NCBI GenBank assembly: GCA_964391185.1
Contig: CAYMIX010000004.1
Coordinates: forward strand, 48,088 to 112,087
Direction: 5' to 3'
DNA length: 64,000 bases
DNA from: an uncultured Candidatus Peribacteria bacterium
GTDB lineage: Bacteria; Patescibacteriota; Gracilibacteria; Peribacterales; Peribacteraceae
The notes under the pieces were generated by a model that searched no databases, was not told the origin of the DNA, and saw only the letters and a program-made list of their open reading frames with translations. This document shows positions 26,927 through 36,665 of the stretch, in pieces (the stretch's first letter is position 1; the number at the start of each line of letters is the position of its first letter). The translations under genes and the position numbers were made by a program.

Positions 26927-28204
26927 TTATTTAGAAAGAAGGGGATTGAGAGTCTGCACTAATTCCTTGGCTTGGGTAAGCGTCGTTGTTGGGTGAGTTG
27001 GGAGACTCAAGATTTGTTCTCCAGCCATTTCTGCATCAGGGTCTTGACCATCTTTGTAGCCAACAGCCTCACCATCAGCGGCAGCTGGGCAGATCACGCA
27101 ACCTGTCCAACCATCATGCAGGTGAATGTTGTGTTTCTTGAGTTGCTGACGAATGCGTTCTGCTTTATCTACAAATAGCGGGAACTTCTGAAGGGGGAGA
27201 TCGGGCGTAACTCCCAATAACATTGGCCAATTATGTTTCGTGCCTTCATCAAAATAGAACTTCGTCAGCATCCGGCGATGGTCATTTATTTCTTTGAGAC
27301 GATGCAGTTGATCAAGGGCCAACGCCGCGCACGCATTGGGAATGCGATGAAGTTGCGCCTGCATTTTTCCAGCCTTCTCACTGCGCGTGAGAATAGGTAC
27401 GAGCATCTTCAGTTTAGATGCAATGACAAGTAAGGCTTTGCCAATTCCCAAGCCATAGATCGGCTTTGCGAGTGCATAGAGAATGGGATACAGCACGAAC
27501 ATCTTGATGCGAATCAGACCAAGATCCTGCGCATCGTTATATAACTTAGAGAGTTCTTCGCAGATATCTTTTCGTGTACAAATAACAGCTCCACCGGCGA
27601 CACCAGAAATCGCTTTGTCCCTGCCAAAACTACAGAACATCACATCGCCAAGATGTCCTATTTCTTTTGGTCCCGACGCATCGGGCATGATGTGTGCGCA
27701 GTCTTCGATAAGCGCGAGCGAATGGCGATCGCACATATCGCGGAGTCTTTTGGTGAAAGCGGGAATTCCAAATGTGTGCTGGCAAATAATCGCACGTGTC
27801 TTCGGTGTGATTTTGGCTTCGAGGTCATCCAAATCTATGTTCAATGTATCGCGTTCTATGTCTGCATACACCGGAACCATTCCTGCAGCGATGATCGCAT
27901 TGGGAACTACGACACATGTGTAACCTTGGACAATTACTTCTTCGTCACGCTGATAGTGAAGAGCTTTGAGAATGGCGAGCAGTGATTCGCGACCTGAAGA
28001 AAACGTGAATGCTTCCCTGCCCGAACGACCGGCGTCTGGTCGGGCGGGGCCACCGAATTGGTTGCTCAGTGCATCTTCCAGTTTTTTCACATCGCTACCC
28101 TTCTTCCAGCGTCCTGGCTGAAAAAGAATGTTCCACGCGAGACGAACCTGACGGCTGTCAGCCATCGGCGCGAATGTGTGATGAATAGGGGAAAACAAGC
28201 TCAT
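26927..28204 (-). CDS. DegT/DnrJ/EryC1/StrS-family PLP-dependent aminotransferase
   Basis: Start at ATG 28204 (ATGA overlap with the murF-like stop). SSGRESL, FGRDKAIS with the PLP lysine. Confidence 0.8.
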   Translation of the reverse strand: MSLFSPIHHTFAPMADSRQVRLAWNILFQPGRWKKGSDVKKLEDALSNQFGGPARPDAGRSGREAFTFSSGRESLLAILKALHYQRDEEVIVQGYTCVVVPNAIIAAGMVPVYADIERDTLNIDLDDLEAKITPKTRAIICQHTFGIPAFTKRLRDMCDRHSLALIEDCAHIMPDASGPKEIGHLGDVMFCSFGRDKAISGVAGGAVICTRKDICEELSKLYNDAQDLGLIRIKMFVLYPILYALAKPIYGLGIGKALLVIASKLKMLVPILTRSEKAGKMQAQLHRIPNACAALALDQLHRLKEINDHRRMLTKFYFDEGTKHNWPMLLGVTPDLPLQKFPLFVDKAERIRQQLKKHNIHLHDGWTGCVICPAAADGEAVGYKDGQDPDAEMAGEQILSLPTHPTTTLTQAKELVQTLNPLLSK

Positions 28205-29793
28205 GGGAGGAGGCGAGTGACGGTGGAAAGTGGCATACGACCAACACAAACTAAGACGGAACTAGCATCTACTTTTTTCGTGGTAGATGACAATATTTCG
28301 ACATCTTTTCCGAATGCTGTTGCGAATATGTCAGCACCATGTTTATTGGTGAATACCACACGCTCAACAGAATCTTTTGCCTGCGCCCCTAGTTCCTTGA
28401 GGAAGTGATGTTCTTCAGGTCCAGTTTCCTGTAGACCACTGGTGAGAAGTACACGAGGACGTTGTTTCTGCTCTGCAGCCCAATGGAGAGCGGCTTTAAA
28501 GCTCAATGGACTGATGTTGTAGGTGTCATCGAGAACTAATACTCCAGATTCAGTTTTTACATCGAATGTATGTGCGGTTTGCTTGAAGCTCTTAAGCAAT
28601 TCCGAGATTCTTTTATCTGCGATGCCGAGATGTTTAGCGACAGCGATCGCCAGTAAAATATTATGAATATTATGAGAGCCGTGCAGTGCAATCTCATAGC
28701 CCATAGCCTGGAGCTCAAAGCGCAATCCGTTCTTCGTTTCTTCGTTCTTCGTGAGTTTGAGATCAGTTGTCAGTGTCACATCACAGTGAGCTTTTTTTGC
28801 GAGATCTGTGCATCCGTCGTTTTCTCCATAGAAGAATGCGTGACCATCTTTTGGAAGTGCTTCGATAAGTTCACCATTCGCTTCGATAATTGCTTGTTCA
28901 GATCCAAAGAGCGCCAGGTGATCGGAGCCAAGTGCCGTCATCACGCCGATGGTTGGCTGGGCGATGTCGCACAGAAGTTTGATTTCACCTTTGCGGTAGG
29001 CACCCATTTCTACGATGACAACACGTTGATTCGTTAATTCGTTAATTCGTGAGCTGCTTCTCGATAGCCATTGAGCGACTCCCATTTCTGTATTTACATG
29101 TGCCGGAGTCGTCATCGGTTTTAAATCTTGCAGCAGGTGATTGATCAGTTCCTTCGTTGTTGTTTTTCCGACACTTCCTGCAATGCCGATGACTGTTGCA
29201 TCTTTCCATGACGCACGAAGATCACGCGCGCTGTTCATTACTTTTGTTTTCATCCTTGAATCAATTGGTTTTAGAAGCGCCCATACGAGCAATACAAACA
29301 TCGGCTGAAGAGCTATTACAAATGGAATCAGCAATGGCGAAAGAAACATCGCCGCTAGAGAAAGAACTGCTGCTCCGGAAAAAATCAGCAGGGCTTTAGA
29401 TGTCCACACTGGCTTTCGTTGTTTGCGCAAAGCAATTTGCACAATTGATAACAACGCGAAAAGTCCGATAAATCCAAACATGACCATTGTTCGGATAATG
29501 TGCTGTGCCGCAACGGCGTCATACGTTGCTGTAGATTTCAAAGACGGAAGTGGATTCAAGATCGCATATAGTTCCCATGCAATGAATGCAGCGAGCAAAA
29601 ATGGTCTTACTCTCCCGAAAGCTTGGTTCAAAAAACCGCGTTGTCGGAAATGTTCATTCAAACGATCCCATCGCCATTCTTTCTGCTGGAAAAGCGTCGT
29701 AAACGTAAGGAGTGGCGAGCTTAAAGAGAAGAACAATATAAGGCCCCATAGGCCTATTATGATCTCGCCTGCGAAAACTGGAGGATTACCCAT
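28201..29793 (-). CDS. murF: Mur ligase (MurF-like D-Ala-D-Ala adding enzyme) with ~190-aa polytopic membrane N-terminal domain
   Basis: Central GIAGSVGKTTTKEL P-loop and Mur central/C-terminal layout. Residues 1-190 are 5-6 hydrophobic helices instead of the usual soluble domain 1. Confidence 0.7.
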   Translation of the reverse strand: MGNPPVFAGEIIIGLWGLILFFSLSSPLLTFTTLFQQKEWRWDRLNEHFRQRGFLNQAFGRVRPFLLAAFIAWELYAILNPLPSLKSTATYDAVAAQHIIRTMVMFGFIGLFALLSIVQIALRKQRKPVWTSKALLIFSGAAVLSLAAMFLSPLLIPFVIALQPMFVLLVWALLKPIDSRMKTKVMNSARDLRASWKDATVIGIAGSVGKTTTKELINHLLQDLKPMTTPAHVNTEMGVAQWLSRSSSRINELTNQRVVIVEMGAYRKGEIKLLCDIAQPTIGVMTALGSDHLALFGSEQAIIEANGELIEALPKDGHAFFYGENDGCTDLAKKAHCDVTLTTDLKLTKNEETKNGLRFELQAMGYEIALHGSHNIHNILLAIAVAKHLGIADKRISELLKSFKQTAHTFDVKTESGVLVLDDTYNISPLSFKAALHWAAEQKQRPRVLLTSGLQETGPEEHHFLKELGAQAKDSVERVVFTNKHGADIFATAFGKDVEILSSTTKKVDASSVLVCVGRMPLSTVTRLLP

Positions 29794-29963
29794 ATAAATG
29801 TGCGGTGGATTGTACCTGAACCGGTTATTGCAAATATATGTAAAATGTTATATAATATATACATGGAAAATAAACACAGTACAGTGGTTCATGTGGCATC
29901 AGGATTCGTCTTGGCATCGATGTACTTCGTGTACATGTTTGTCCTTCTGCCCAATTTTTGATT

Positions 29964-30083
29964 GGGAAATCCGAAGCACGAAGTTCGAAATCCGGAACAA
30001 ATCTGAGTGTTTGAATTTAGAATGTTTTTAAACATTCACGATTCAGATTTGTCTCGAGTTTCGAGTTTCGGATTTCGAGTTTG
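29964..30083. repeat. MITE-like palindromic element, CGAAATCCGAA family, copy C
   Basis: Arms gggaaatccgaagcacgaagttcgaaatccggaacaaatctgagt / attcagatttgtctcgagtttcgagtttcggatttcgagtttg. Confidence 0.75.
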
Positions 30084-30818
30084 TTCAAGAATGACTTTTG
30101 CAATCTCTGCGGCTTTGTCCCTATGCACTCTGTGTCGCACTCCTTGGAATAAGTGGAGCTTGCTCTCGCGGATTCCTTTTTTCATGAGGTATGCATCGCT
30201 TACAGGAGTCATCTGGTCATCGGTTCCCCAGAAAATATCGGTTGGCACTTCGATAAATGGCAGCAGTGGACGCAAGTCTTCAGCAGTGACGCGAACGAGT
30301 GTATCGCGCATGACAGGTGTCGCTTGTTCATAATCATGCACACGAACCAATCGATAGAGGAACTTTTTGCCGAATGGTTGCAGATGTTTGAACCCAGGAA
30401 TCGACAGGAAAATTTTACCGGTCTTTGCGAGCATCAAGCCAATAATGCGTTTGATGTGACGCGGATGTCGAATGCCCGCTGCAGCGCACAAGTACAAGTG
30501 ATCGATTGGAACTGTTCCACGAACTGCGAGCTTGATGGCGATGCGTCCGCCGTGAGAGTGACCTAACACGCTGATTCGGGTTTCGAGTGTAGCCTGTCCT
30601 GAGCTCTGGCGAAGGGGGTTTCGGGTTTGGAGCCACTGCTCGACCCAATCTGCATAGTCATCGATCGTCCATGGCTTCTTCGGTTCAGGTTCATCACCAA
30701 AACCCGGAAGGTCCGGTGTCAGAATTTCAATGCCAGATTCCTTTAGTGTTTCACGGAGTTCCGTGAAAGATTCCTTCGAGCCGCCCCAACCATGAAGACA
30801 TACCAAGGTCGATTTCAT
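30036..30818 (-). CDS. Alpha/beta hydrolase
   Basis: LVCLHGWGGS, nucleophile elbow GHSHGG. The last 16 codons lie inside MITE copy C. Confidence 0.8.
   Translation of the reverse strand: MKSTLVCLHGWGGSKESFTELRETLKESGIEILTPDLPGFGDEPEPKKPWTIDDYADWVEQWLQTRNPLRQSSGQATLETRISVLGHSHGGRIAIKLAVRGTVPIDHLYLCAAAGIRHPRHIKRIIGLMLAKTGKIFLSIPGFKHLQPFGKKFLYRLVRVHDYEQATPVMRDTLVRVTAEDLRPLLPFIEVPTDIFWGTDDQMTPVSDAYLMKKGIRESKLHLFQGVRHRVHRDKAAEIAKVILEQTRNPKLETRDKSES
30572..30630. repeat. Composite REP/MITE-like insertion, in frame inside the alpha/beta hydrolase
   Basis: ctgattcgggtttcgagtgtagcctgtcctgagctctggcgaagggggtttcgggtttgg encodes QTRNPLRQSSGQATLETRIS just before GHSHGG. Confidence 0.55.
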
Positions 30819-30924
30819 GTATGACCAGTGTAGCGGCTTTGACTATCCATCGCGACCGTCGTAGAGTGCGTTCCTTTGATTTTTCACATCATCTGTTCCT
30901 CCATCCACCTTCTCTTTTGAGGAA

Positions 30925-31515
30925 GTGTTTCCTCAGTATACCATTCGGGTAAGAGAAGATGCCGTGGAGGAAAGGAGTGTGTACGTGGCTATCTCTGTGT
31001 ACCCCCTTAAGATTGAATGGTTGACCCCATTGGTGCAGCTGCAGGATGCTTGTTTAAATCAAAATCATTGGCGATATTTGGATCCGCGGATTCTTGCTTT
31101 GTTCCTTTGCCAGCCACACAATGGTGGACTGGTTGTCGTCGAGTATGACGAAGAGATTGTTCGTCAGGCCGCCCATCAAATCGGGGAGAAAGGCAACAAT
31201 AGGGACGCGGAAACCAACTGGCACAAGGCAGTGCTGACCACTGGGACCTGGCAGTCGTTTCTGTTGTACAAAAACGAGCTCGGGTCCCAAGTCGACATTC
31301 AGAGTATTGGTACCCGGGCTGGGATGCGACGCAAGCAGCTTGCGACATCGCTTGTCAACACTCTGAAAAGCAAGATGCCCGAACTCGATGTCCGGCGGAT
31401 GCGCGCCATCGTTAATCAGAATAGCAATGCGGATGTTAAGAATTTCTTTCATTCATGCATGACATGCGTCACGCATGAACATCCGCACGGGATGATTTTC
31501 GAATACAAAAACTGA
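30925..31515 (+). CDS. Hypothetical, possible GNAT-type acetyltransferase
   Basis: GTG start; IGTRAGMRRKQLATSLV resembles GNAT motif A; otherwise unrecognised. Confidence 0.35.
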   Translation: MFPQYTIRVREDAVEERSVYVAISVYPLKIEWLTPLVQLQDACLNQNHWRYLDPRILALFLCQPHNGGLVVVEYDEEIVRQAAHQIGEKGNNRDAETNWHKAVLTTGTWQSFLLYKNELGSQVDIQSIGTRAGMRRKQLATSLVNTLKSKMPELDVRRMRAIVNQNSNADVKNFFHSCMTCVTHEHPHGMIFEYKN

Positions 31516-31581
31516 GAAGAGTCTTTCATGCTCTCACGGCACGCGGCCACCTCGTTCATCGGGGTGGTCGCTTTTCTATAT

Positions 31582-32544
31582 TTATTCGATGTATCCCTTC
31601 TGCATATCAAGTTTTTGCGTGGAACGTACTTTTCCATTCGATCCAATGACAGTTGCTTCCCATGTGAGGCGCACCCCGGTTTCGAAGCGAGTGTCCGATG
31701 TCAGTACTGCCTTGAGTGCTTCACCTTTTTGAATATCAACCGATGTATGAAGCGGCAAATAAATCTGTTCCCAGTGCGTTGGCTTTTCCCATGGGCTCGT
31801 TGATAACGTCACACCAGGAACGAGGCCTGATTCCCAAAACACGCAGAAGCCGTTCACGGTTGCTGGCTTATCGAATATCCACGATACCTCGCCACGGCGC
31901 TGGCTTTTTTCGTGTTTGGTGAAGTTCAGTGTGTCCCATGTTTTTACTGCATCTTTCGAGAGGAGATCTTTCGGGTCCACCGTCTTCACATACATATTAT
32001 TGATGCTGATATCCCGCGCTTCATCCCATGCGAGATCAAACCCAATGTCGTGCCAAATATCGACATTCTTTTTTAGTCGACCACCAGTCACAGGAACGAT
32101 TTTATGAACGAGGGTTTGTGGAATCATCACGCCGCCTGGCTTAAGGAATCGCTTCGCATCTTCCATATTTTCTATCAGGTGTTCTTCCAGTGCATAGTTA
32201 CCCAGAGTCTCCGAAATAACGATGTCTGTTTGCACGGGCTTTTTCATCATGTGCGCGTGCGCGTGGATAAACTCACAGCCGTGGATCTTATTGCGTTTTG
32301 CGAGCTGTTTGCTGATGCCAATCAAATCACTCGAAAGCTCGTACAAGTAACACTTCTTCGCACCGAGTTGCATCGCGAGGAAGCTCAGGAAGCCTGTGCC
32401 AGAACCGATATCCGATACAGTCATTCCTGGCTTGATGACCTTCTTCAGCGCTTCGTAAAACGCTTGATTGCGGACATCATCACCCATTAATTTGCGCTGG
32501 AGTTCGATCATGGGAGGATTGTAGCAGGTGCGAATGTAATCCAC
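31582..32544 (-). CDS. Protein arginine N-methyltransferase (PRMT)-like class I methyltransferase with beta-barrel domain
   Basis: L.GDDVRN.AFYEAL; motif I VSDIGSGTGFLS; post-I LYELS; double-E-type SETLGNYALEEHL; THW loop PTHWEQ. Start is GTG 32544 or ATG 32511. Confidence 0.7.
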   Translation of the reverse strand: MDYIRTCYNPPMIELQRKLMGDDVRNQAFYEALKKVIKPGMTVSDIGSGTGFLSFLAMQLGAKKCYLYELSSDLIGISKQLAKRNKIHGCEFIHAHAHMMKKPVQTDIVISETLGNYALEEHLIENMEDAKRFLKPGGVMIPQTLVHKIVPVTGGRLKKNVDIWHDIGFDLAWDEARDISINNMYVKTVDPKDLLSKDAVKTWDTLNFTKHEKSQRRGEVSWIFDKPATVNGFCVFWESGLVPGVTLSTSPWEKPTHWEQIYLPLHTSVDIQKGEALKAVLTSDTRFETGVRLTWEATVIGSNGKVRSTQKLDMQKGYIE

Positions 32545-32553
32545 TGGCTCTGA

Positions 32554-33090
32554 TTAAGATTCTGGACCTAACACTCCTTCCTTTGTAACAAATCTCTTAA
32601 ACAAGGCGTCCATTTTTATGATTTCATATTCAATTTGCCCGATGAAGTATACTTCTGCCTGACGTGATTGACTTTGTTCCCACGTATCTGCTGCCCATGC
32701 TTCACAAGAAAGTATCGAACCCCATCCTGTAGCAACGAGTAATTCAAATGCTTGTTTCGTATCACGTGTATTATCAATGATATTGATACGGTTCTGGTGG
32801 AGGGCAATTCTTGCTTCTGCCGCCGTCCGTTCTGCTTTTATATGGGCGCCAATAAGCGGGCCAATTTTAGCCGCGATGGGTGAACGCAGACGGTCGAGAA
32901 GTTCTTTTACTAAAGTGCCACAACCTTCCATCATCATGGTGCCGGAATTTGGATCACGCGCGTTCATCAGGCGAACAAGCTCTGCAACGCGGAGGAGAGC
33001 TTCTCCAGCAATGCGATTTGTCGGCTGATCGTACACACGCACAAGGCCCGTCAACGTATCCATCGGCGATGGTGATGATGTTTCAACCAT
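32554..33090 (-). CDS. Hypothetical protein directly upstream of the PRMT-like gene
   Basis: ORF only; 7-nt gap to the downstream gene. Confidence 0.5.
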   Translation of the reverse strand: MVETSSPSPMDTLTGLVRVYDQPTNRIAGEALLRVAELVRLMNARDPNSGTMMMEGCGTLVKELLDRLRSPIAAKIGPLIGAHIKAERTAAEARIALHQNRINIIDNTRDTKQAFELLVATGWGSILSCEAWAADTWEQSQSRQAEVYFIGQIEYEIIKMDALFKRFVTKEGVLGPES

Positions 33091-33210
33091 GGTCGGGCAG
33101 TCTGCCAGATTCCTTAGAGGAGTCTAGTGTTCAATAGACCGAACAATCATTCATGAATGCTGGAGGTTGATTATGGGAGAGATTGATACGCAAAGACTGG
33201 ATATGGACAT

Positions 33211-34839
33211 CTACGCCCCCAACGGAAACCCAACCGATTTCAATGCGTCGCGTGTGTTCTCGAAGACCGTTCCATCTTTTTCTTTTTGGCGGAACCAGGA
33301 AGTCTTCTCAAGCATTGGCTTGATACATTCGCTCGCGCCGGTAATCAAAATTGCTCTGCCAGATTTCTCCTGATCTTTGATAATTTCATGCAATGTTTCG
33401 AGTCCATCAAGGTCGATGTAGAACAGGTTACGCAGGCTGAGCACAACTGTGCCAGCGGTAATTTCTTTGATTGCATCTTCATGAGATTTACCATTGAAAT
33501 ACGTGAGCTCTCCCGCAAACCGATAGACCGTCACATCACTTTGATCTTTATATTCACCCAGTCGGTGATGGGGGATGCGAGCAAACATCTTTTTATCTTT
33601 ATGCAGTGTTAGTTCGCTCTGGCCGCGGGAGAGGTGATGGACGAATTCCAAGAGTGAAATTGTTGCACCTACAAGAATGCCGACCATCGGGTCGATACCA
33701 AAAGAAAGCCCAGCGACAAGCATTGCGAGCCAGAAGGAGCTTTGATCGAATCGGAAAAGTTGCTTGAAATGTTCTGGTCCCACCATGCGGATAGCAGCGA
33801 ATACAAGAATGCTTGCGACAGCGGCGAGTGGCATGTACTGGAAGCCTTGGAAAAGAAGCAACGCAATAAGCATAACAAAGATTGCATTGATGCCTGATGC
33901 ATAGCGCGACGTTGCGCCACTCTTTGCATTGAGTGCTGTACGAGCAAGTACACCAGTGGCAGGGAGACCCCCCGCAAGACCAGATAGAATGTTTGCGATA
34001 GCAAGTCCGAATGTTTCGCGTTTTTGGTTAAAACGTGTGTTTGTCATATTATCGGCGATTTTTGCGGAGAGCAGCGTTTCGAGGACGGCCACAATCGTGA
34101 CGGTGAATACCACTTTCAGGAAGTCGATGTTCAATGTCGAAATATCGAATGATGGCATCTGGATAAGTGTTGCCTTAAATGTGCCGTATTTAGAGAACAG
34201 TGTTTGTACGGTGAAAGGCAGCATTTGTATTTCTGATAGGTACCCGATCGTAATACCGATAACTGCAACGACAACAGCGCCTGGCACGCGTGGGAGCCAA
34301 CGGACGAGGGTAAAGAGCAGTGTGAGCATCAGCACAAAGAGAATCAACGAAGGCATTTCTGTTTGTCCCAGATGGGAGAATGATTCGCCAAGGTTTGCTA
34401 TGACAGATTCATGCACTGGTAATCCTTTGAGTCCGAGAGCCGCGTTCATTTGACCAAGAGCGATGGTGAGTCCGACGCCGAGCGTGAAGCCGTGCATCAC
34501 ACTCGAAGGAATAAACACGAGGTATTTGTCCCAGCGGAAAATATAAAAAACGAAGATGAGAACACCTGTGCAAATCGCGAGCATTGGGAGCATCTCCGCG
34601 CCGCTTGTGAGAGCGAACGCTGCGAGGATTCCGGAGAGCGCTCCTGCTGGCCCGACAACGTTGTAGTTACTTCCTCCGAAGATCGCTGCAGCAAGACCTG
34701 CCCACACCGCCGTGATAATACCCATGATCGGCGTTGCGCCGGATGCGATGGCGAGCGAAAGCGAGAGTGGGACCGAGACAAGCGCAACGGTGAGTCCTGC
34801 TTTCCAGTTCTGTGAAATTTGGCGGAGGATGTTATTCAT
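33211..34839 (-). CDS. SulP-family anion permease with C-terminal STAS domain
   Basis: N-terminal W....LTVALVS.PLSLSLAIASGA, many TM helices, cytoplasmic STAS-like tail. Confidence 0.85.
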   Translation of the reverse strand: MNNILRQISQNWKAGLTVALVSVPLSLSLAIASGATPIMGIITAVWAGLAAAIFGGSNYNVVGPAGALSGILAAFALTSGAEMLPMLAICTGVLIFVFYIFRWDKYLVFIPSSVMHGFTLGVGLTIALGQMNAALGLKGLPVHESVIANLGESFSHLGQTEMPSLILFVLMLTLLFTLVRWLPRVPGAVVVAVIGITIGYLSEIQMLPFTVQTLFSKYGTFKATLIQMPSFDISTLNIDFLKVVFTVTIVAVLETLLSAKIADNMTNTRFNQKRETFGLAIANILSGLAGGLPATGVLARTALNAKSGATSRYASGINAIFVMLIALLLFQGFQYMPLAAVASILVFAAIRMVGPEHFKQLFRFDQSSFWLAMLVAGLSFGIDPMVGILVGATISLLEFVHHLSRGQSELTLHKDKKMFARIPHHRLGEYKDQSDVTVYRFAGELTYFNGKSHEDAIKEITAGTVVLSLRNLFYIDLDGLETLHEIIKDQEKSGRAILITGASECIKPMLEKTSWFRQKEKDGTVFENTRDALKSVGFPLGA

Positions 34840-35017
34840 GATAGGAGGTATTAGGTGTCAGATGTACTACTCGCACGTGAAAAGTGAGTCAATAATAATG
34901 GTTACACCGGTGTAAAGCTCATGAAGGAGGTTTAGGTTTTTTCTAAAAAAGCGAGAGGCGCTGAGGCCTCCCGCGGTGCCTGGTCTGTGACCAGGCGTTG
35001 TCTGCTTAAAACTCTAG

Positions 35018-35242
35018 CTACTCGAGCGGGTGCACGATATAGCACCCATGGTACCCGACGCATGAGATCTGCCATCCCACTGCGACCAGGATGCCCCCGA
35101 TAATCATGCTGGCCAAACGCAGCACGTACCAGGGGATGGTCAACTTCTTTTCCATCCAGTCGCAGATCTTTTCGCCGGTGACCATGCCGCCGCTCACAAG
35201 CAGCGCTCCGGCCAAAACCATCCAGAAACCCAACGTCTCCAT
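35018..35242 (-). CDS. Small two-TM membrane protein
   Basis: METLGFWMVLAGALLVSGG... and LASMIIGGILVAVGW helices. Confidence 0.4.
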   Translation of the reverse strand: METLGFWMVLAGALLVSGGMVTGEKICDWMEKKLTIPWYVLRLASMIIGGILVAVGWQISCVGYHGCYIVHPLE

Positions 35243-35436
35243 TGCGTTCTCCTTAGCTATAGGTGGTGTCAAAAAACAGACAAGCGCATTATCGTCATAA
35301 TATTATTCCAAACAATGGTTTTAGAGACTTGTATACTATTCCGAAGGACTGTATAATGTCCGGTTTTGTCTAAACAGGGCGAGAATGGTGCGATAATCAC
35401 ATGGACTACAAGTGTCGTAACGGGGTCATCATTATT

Positions 35437-36039
35437 TTAACAACCAAATTGCCCCTCATTGCAGGGGGAAATGACCGAAGTGCCCTTGAATGATCCTGGC
35501 TCAGTCCCGCTCACCACGTAATCTTTGACATTCGTCTTTCCCCATTCCCCTTCGTGGTTCCACAGGTTCCAGAAATATCGCCACTCATTCCAACCAATGC
35601 CGAGATGTTGCACGTAGATCCCATGCTTCGTCAGCATCTGACCGATTTTGCGGCCCGTCATGCACGGCATGGAATAGCAGTAGACGATAATCTTCTTATT
35701 TGCTGGCAGCTCCTTGAAGGAGGTGACAATGCGCTCGACATCATCATATGCGGAATGATCTGGGTCGCTGTATGCGGGGATGCTCACTGCTCCCACAATA
35801 TGTTCCTTCTCGTATTCCTGCGAGCTTCGCAGATCGACAAGGATGAAATCTTGCGTAGTCTCACTCATTTTTTTGCGGAGGGAGTGAGGGCTGACATGCA
35901 CGGCGTTCTCTGTATCGTAGAAATCCCGAATAAGTGCCGCATCACTACGAACATAGGGTTCCAATACTGTGGAGGAGGCTACACCTCCAGCTAGTCCGGC
36001 TATCAATCCGACAATGATGACGAGGATATAGTTACGCAT
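35437..36039 (-). CDS. Membrane-anchored rhodanese-domain sulfurtransferase-like protein
   Basis: N-terminal TM, FILVDLRS..EY...HI.GA..IP, active-site loop VYCYSMPCMTGR. Confidence 0.75.
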   Translation of the reverse strand: MRNYILVIIVGLIAGLAGGVASSTVLEPYVRSDAALIRDFYDTENAVHVSPHSLRKKMSETTQDFILVDLRSSQEYEKEHIVGAVSIPAYSDPDHSAYDDVERIVTSFKELPANKKIIVYCYSMPCMTGRKIGQMLTKHGIYVQHLGIGWNEWRYFWNLWNHEGEWGKTNVKDYVVSGTEPGSFKGTSVISPCNEGQFGC

Positions 36040-36222
36040 GAGCGGATAGTATCAGATCGATTTGGTGGTTTGAATTGCTAGTGGTCACACAGGTTCCAAA
36101 ACATCATACTTGGTTGTGATGGAGGTGAACATGGCTTCAGCAAGAGCCATGAAATATGTCGACGTCGCTAAGCCCGCTATCACATTTCTGTGACAGCGGG
36201 CTCAGGTTTCCGGTGGTTCGGA

Positions 36223-36432
36223 TCAGATGCGGAGCGGCGGCAGACCCGCCACGGCCTCTTCCTTGATCTGTCGGTCGAATGACCACATGTTCAGAGGGAA
36301 GAACCATGCCATGTTCGCAACGCGCATGATCATCTTCGCGTCGTTGCCGAAGGCTTCCGAGATCAACATGATCCCGGCGAACAAGGCGATCTGACTCAAT
36401 CCGAACACACACCACTTTTGGTAGGCTTTCAT
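36223..36432 (-). CDS. Small membrane protein
   Basis: Strong AGGAGG 5 nt upstream of ATG 36432; one or two hydrophobic helices. Confidence 0.45.
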   Translation of the reverse strand: MKAYQKWCVFGLSQIALFAGIMLISEAFGNDAKMIMRVANMAWFFPLNMWSFDRQIKEEAVAGLPPLRI

Positions 36433-36507
36433 ACCCACCTCCTTTCTTTGGGTGAATGACCAAAAACCTAATTAGCAATATAATTTATTTTACTAAGTCT
36501 GTCAAGA

Positions 36508-36583
36508 TGGTGTCACGGGCCGGGATTGAACCGGCGACCCCGGGCTTATGAGTCCCGTGCTCTACCGACTGAGCTACCGTGAC
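36508..36583 (-). tRNA. tRNA with CAU anticodon (elongator Met or Ile2), CCA encoded
   Basis: Reverse complement folds: gtcacgg/ccgtgac acceptor (a G1-C72 pair argues against initiator), loop CTCATAA, T-arm gccgg-ttcaatc-ccggc. Confidence 0.85.
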
Positions 36584-36665
36584 ATGGGTCGATTACTCCA
36601 ATGGTTTGATATTATCACCGAGCACTGTTCTCTTATTTACGCCTCGGGCAAGCCCTCGGCGGTCA

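Noticed and set aside
28008-28050. Apparent extra segment GGPARPDAGRSGRE in the DegT aminotransferase as another repeat insertion
   Set aside because: The underlying DNA forms only a weak 6-bp inverted repeat (gcccga/tcgggc), and I found no second copy in the window. The evidence is insufficient.
35328-35356. + strand TTGTAT-17-TATAAT promoter-like site with no downstream + strand gene
   Set aside because: The -35 match is poor, only a 3-codon ORF follows, and no terminator is visible. It is probably a chance AT-rich match in a divergent or minus-strand promoter region.
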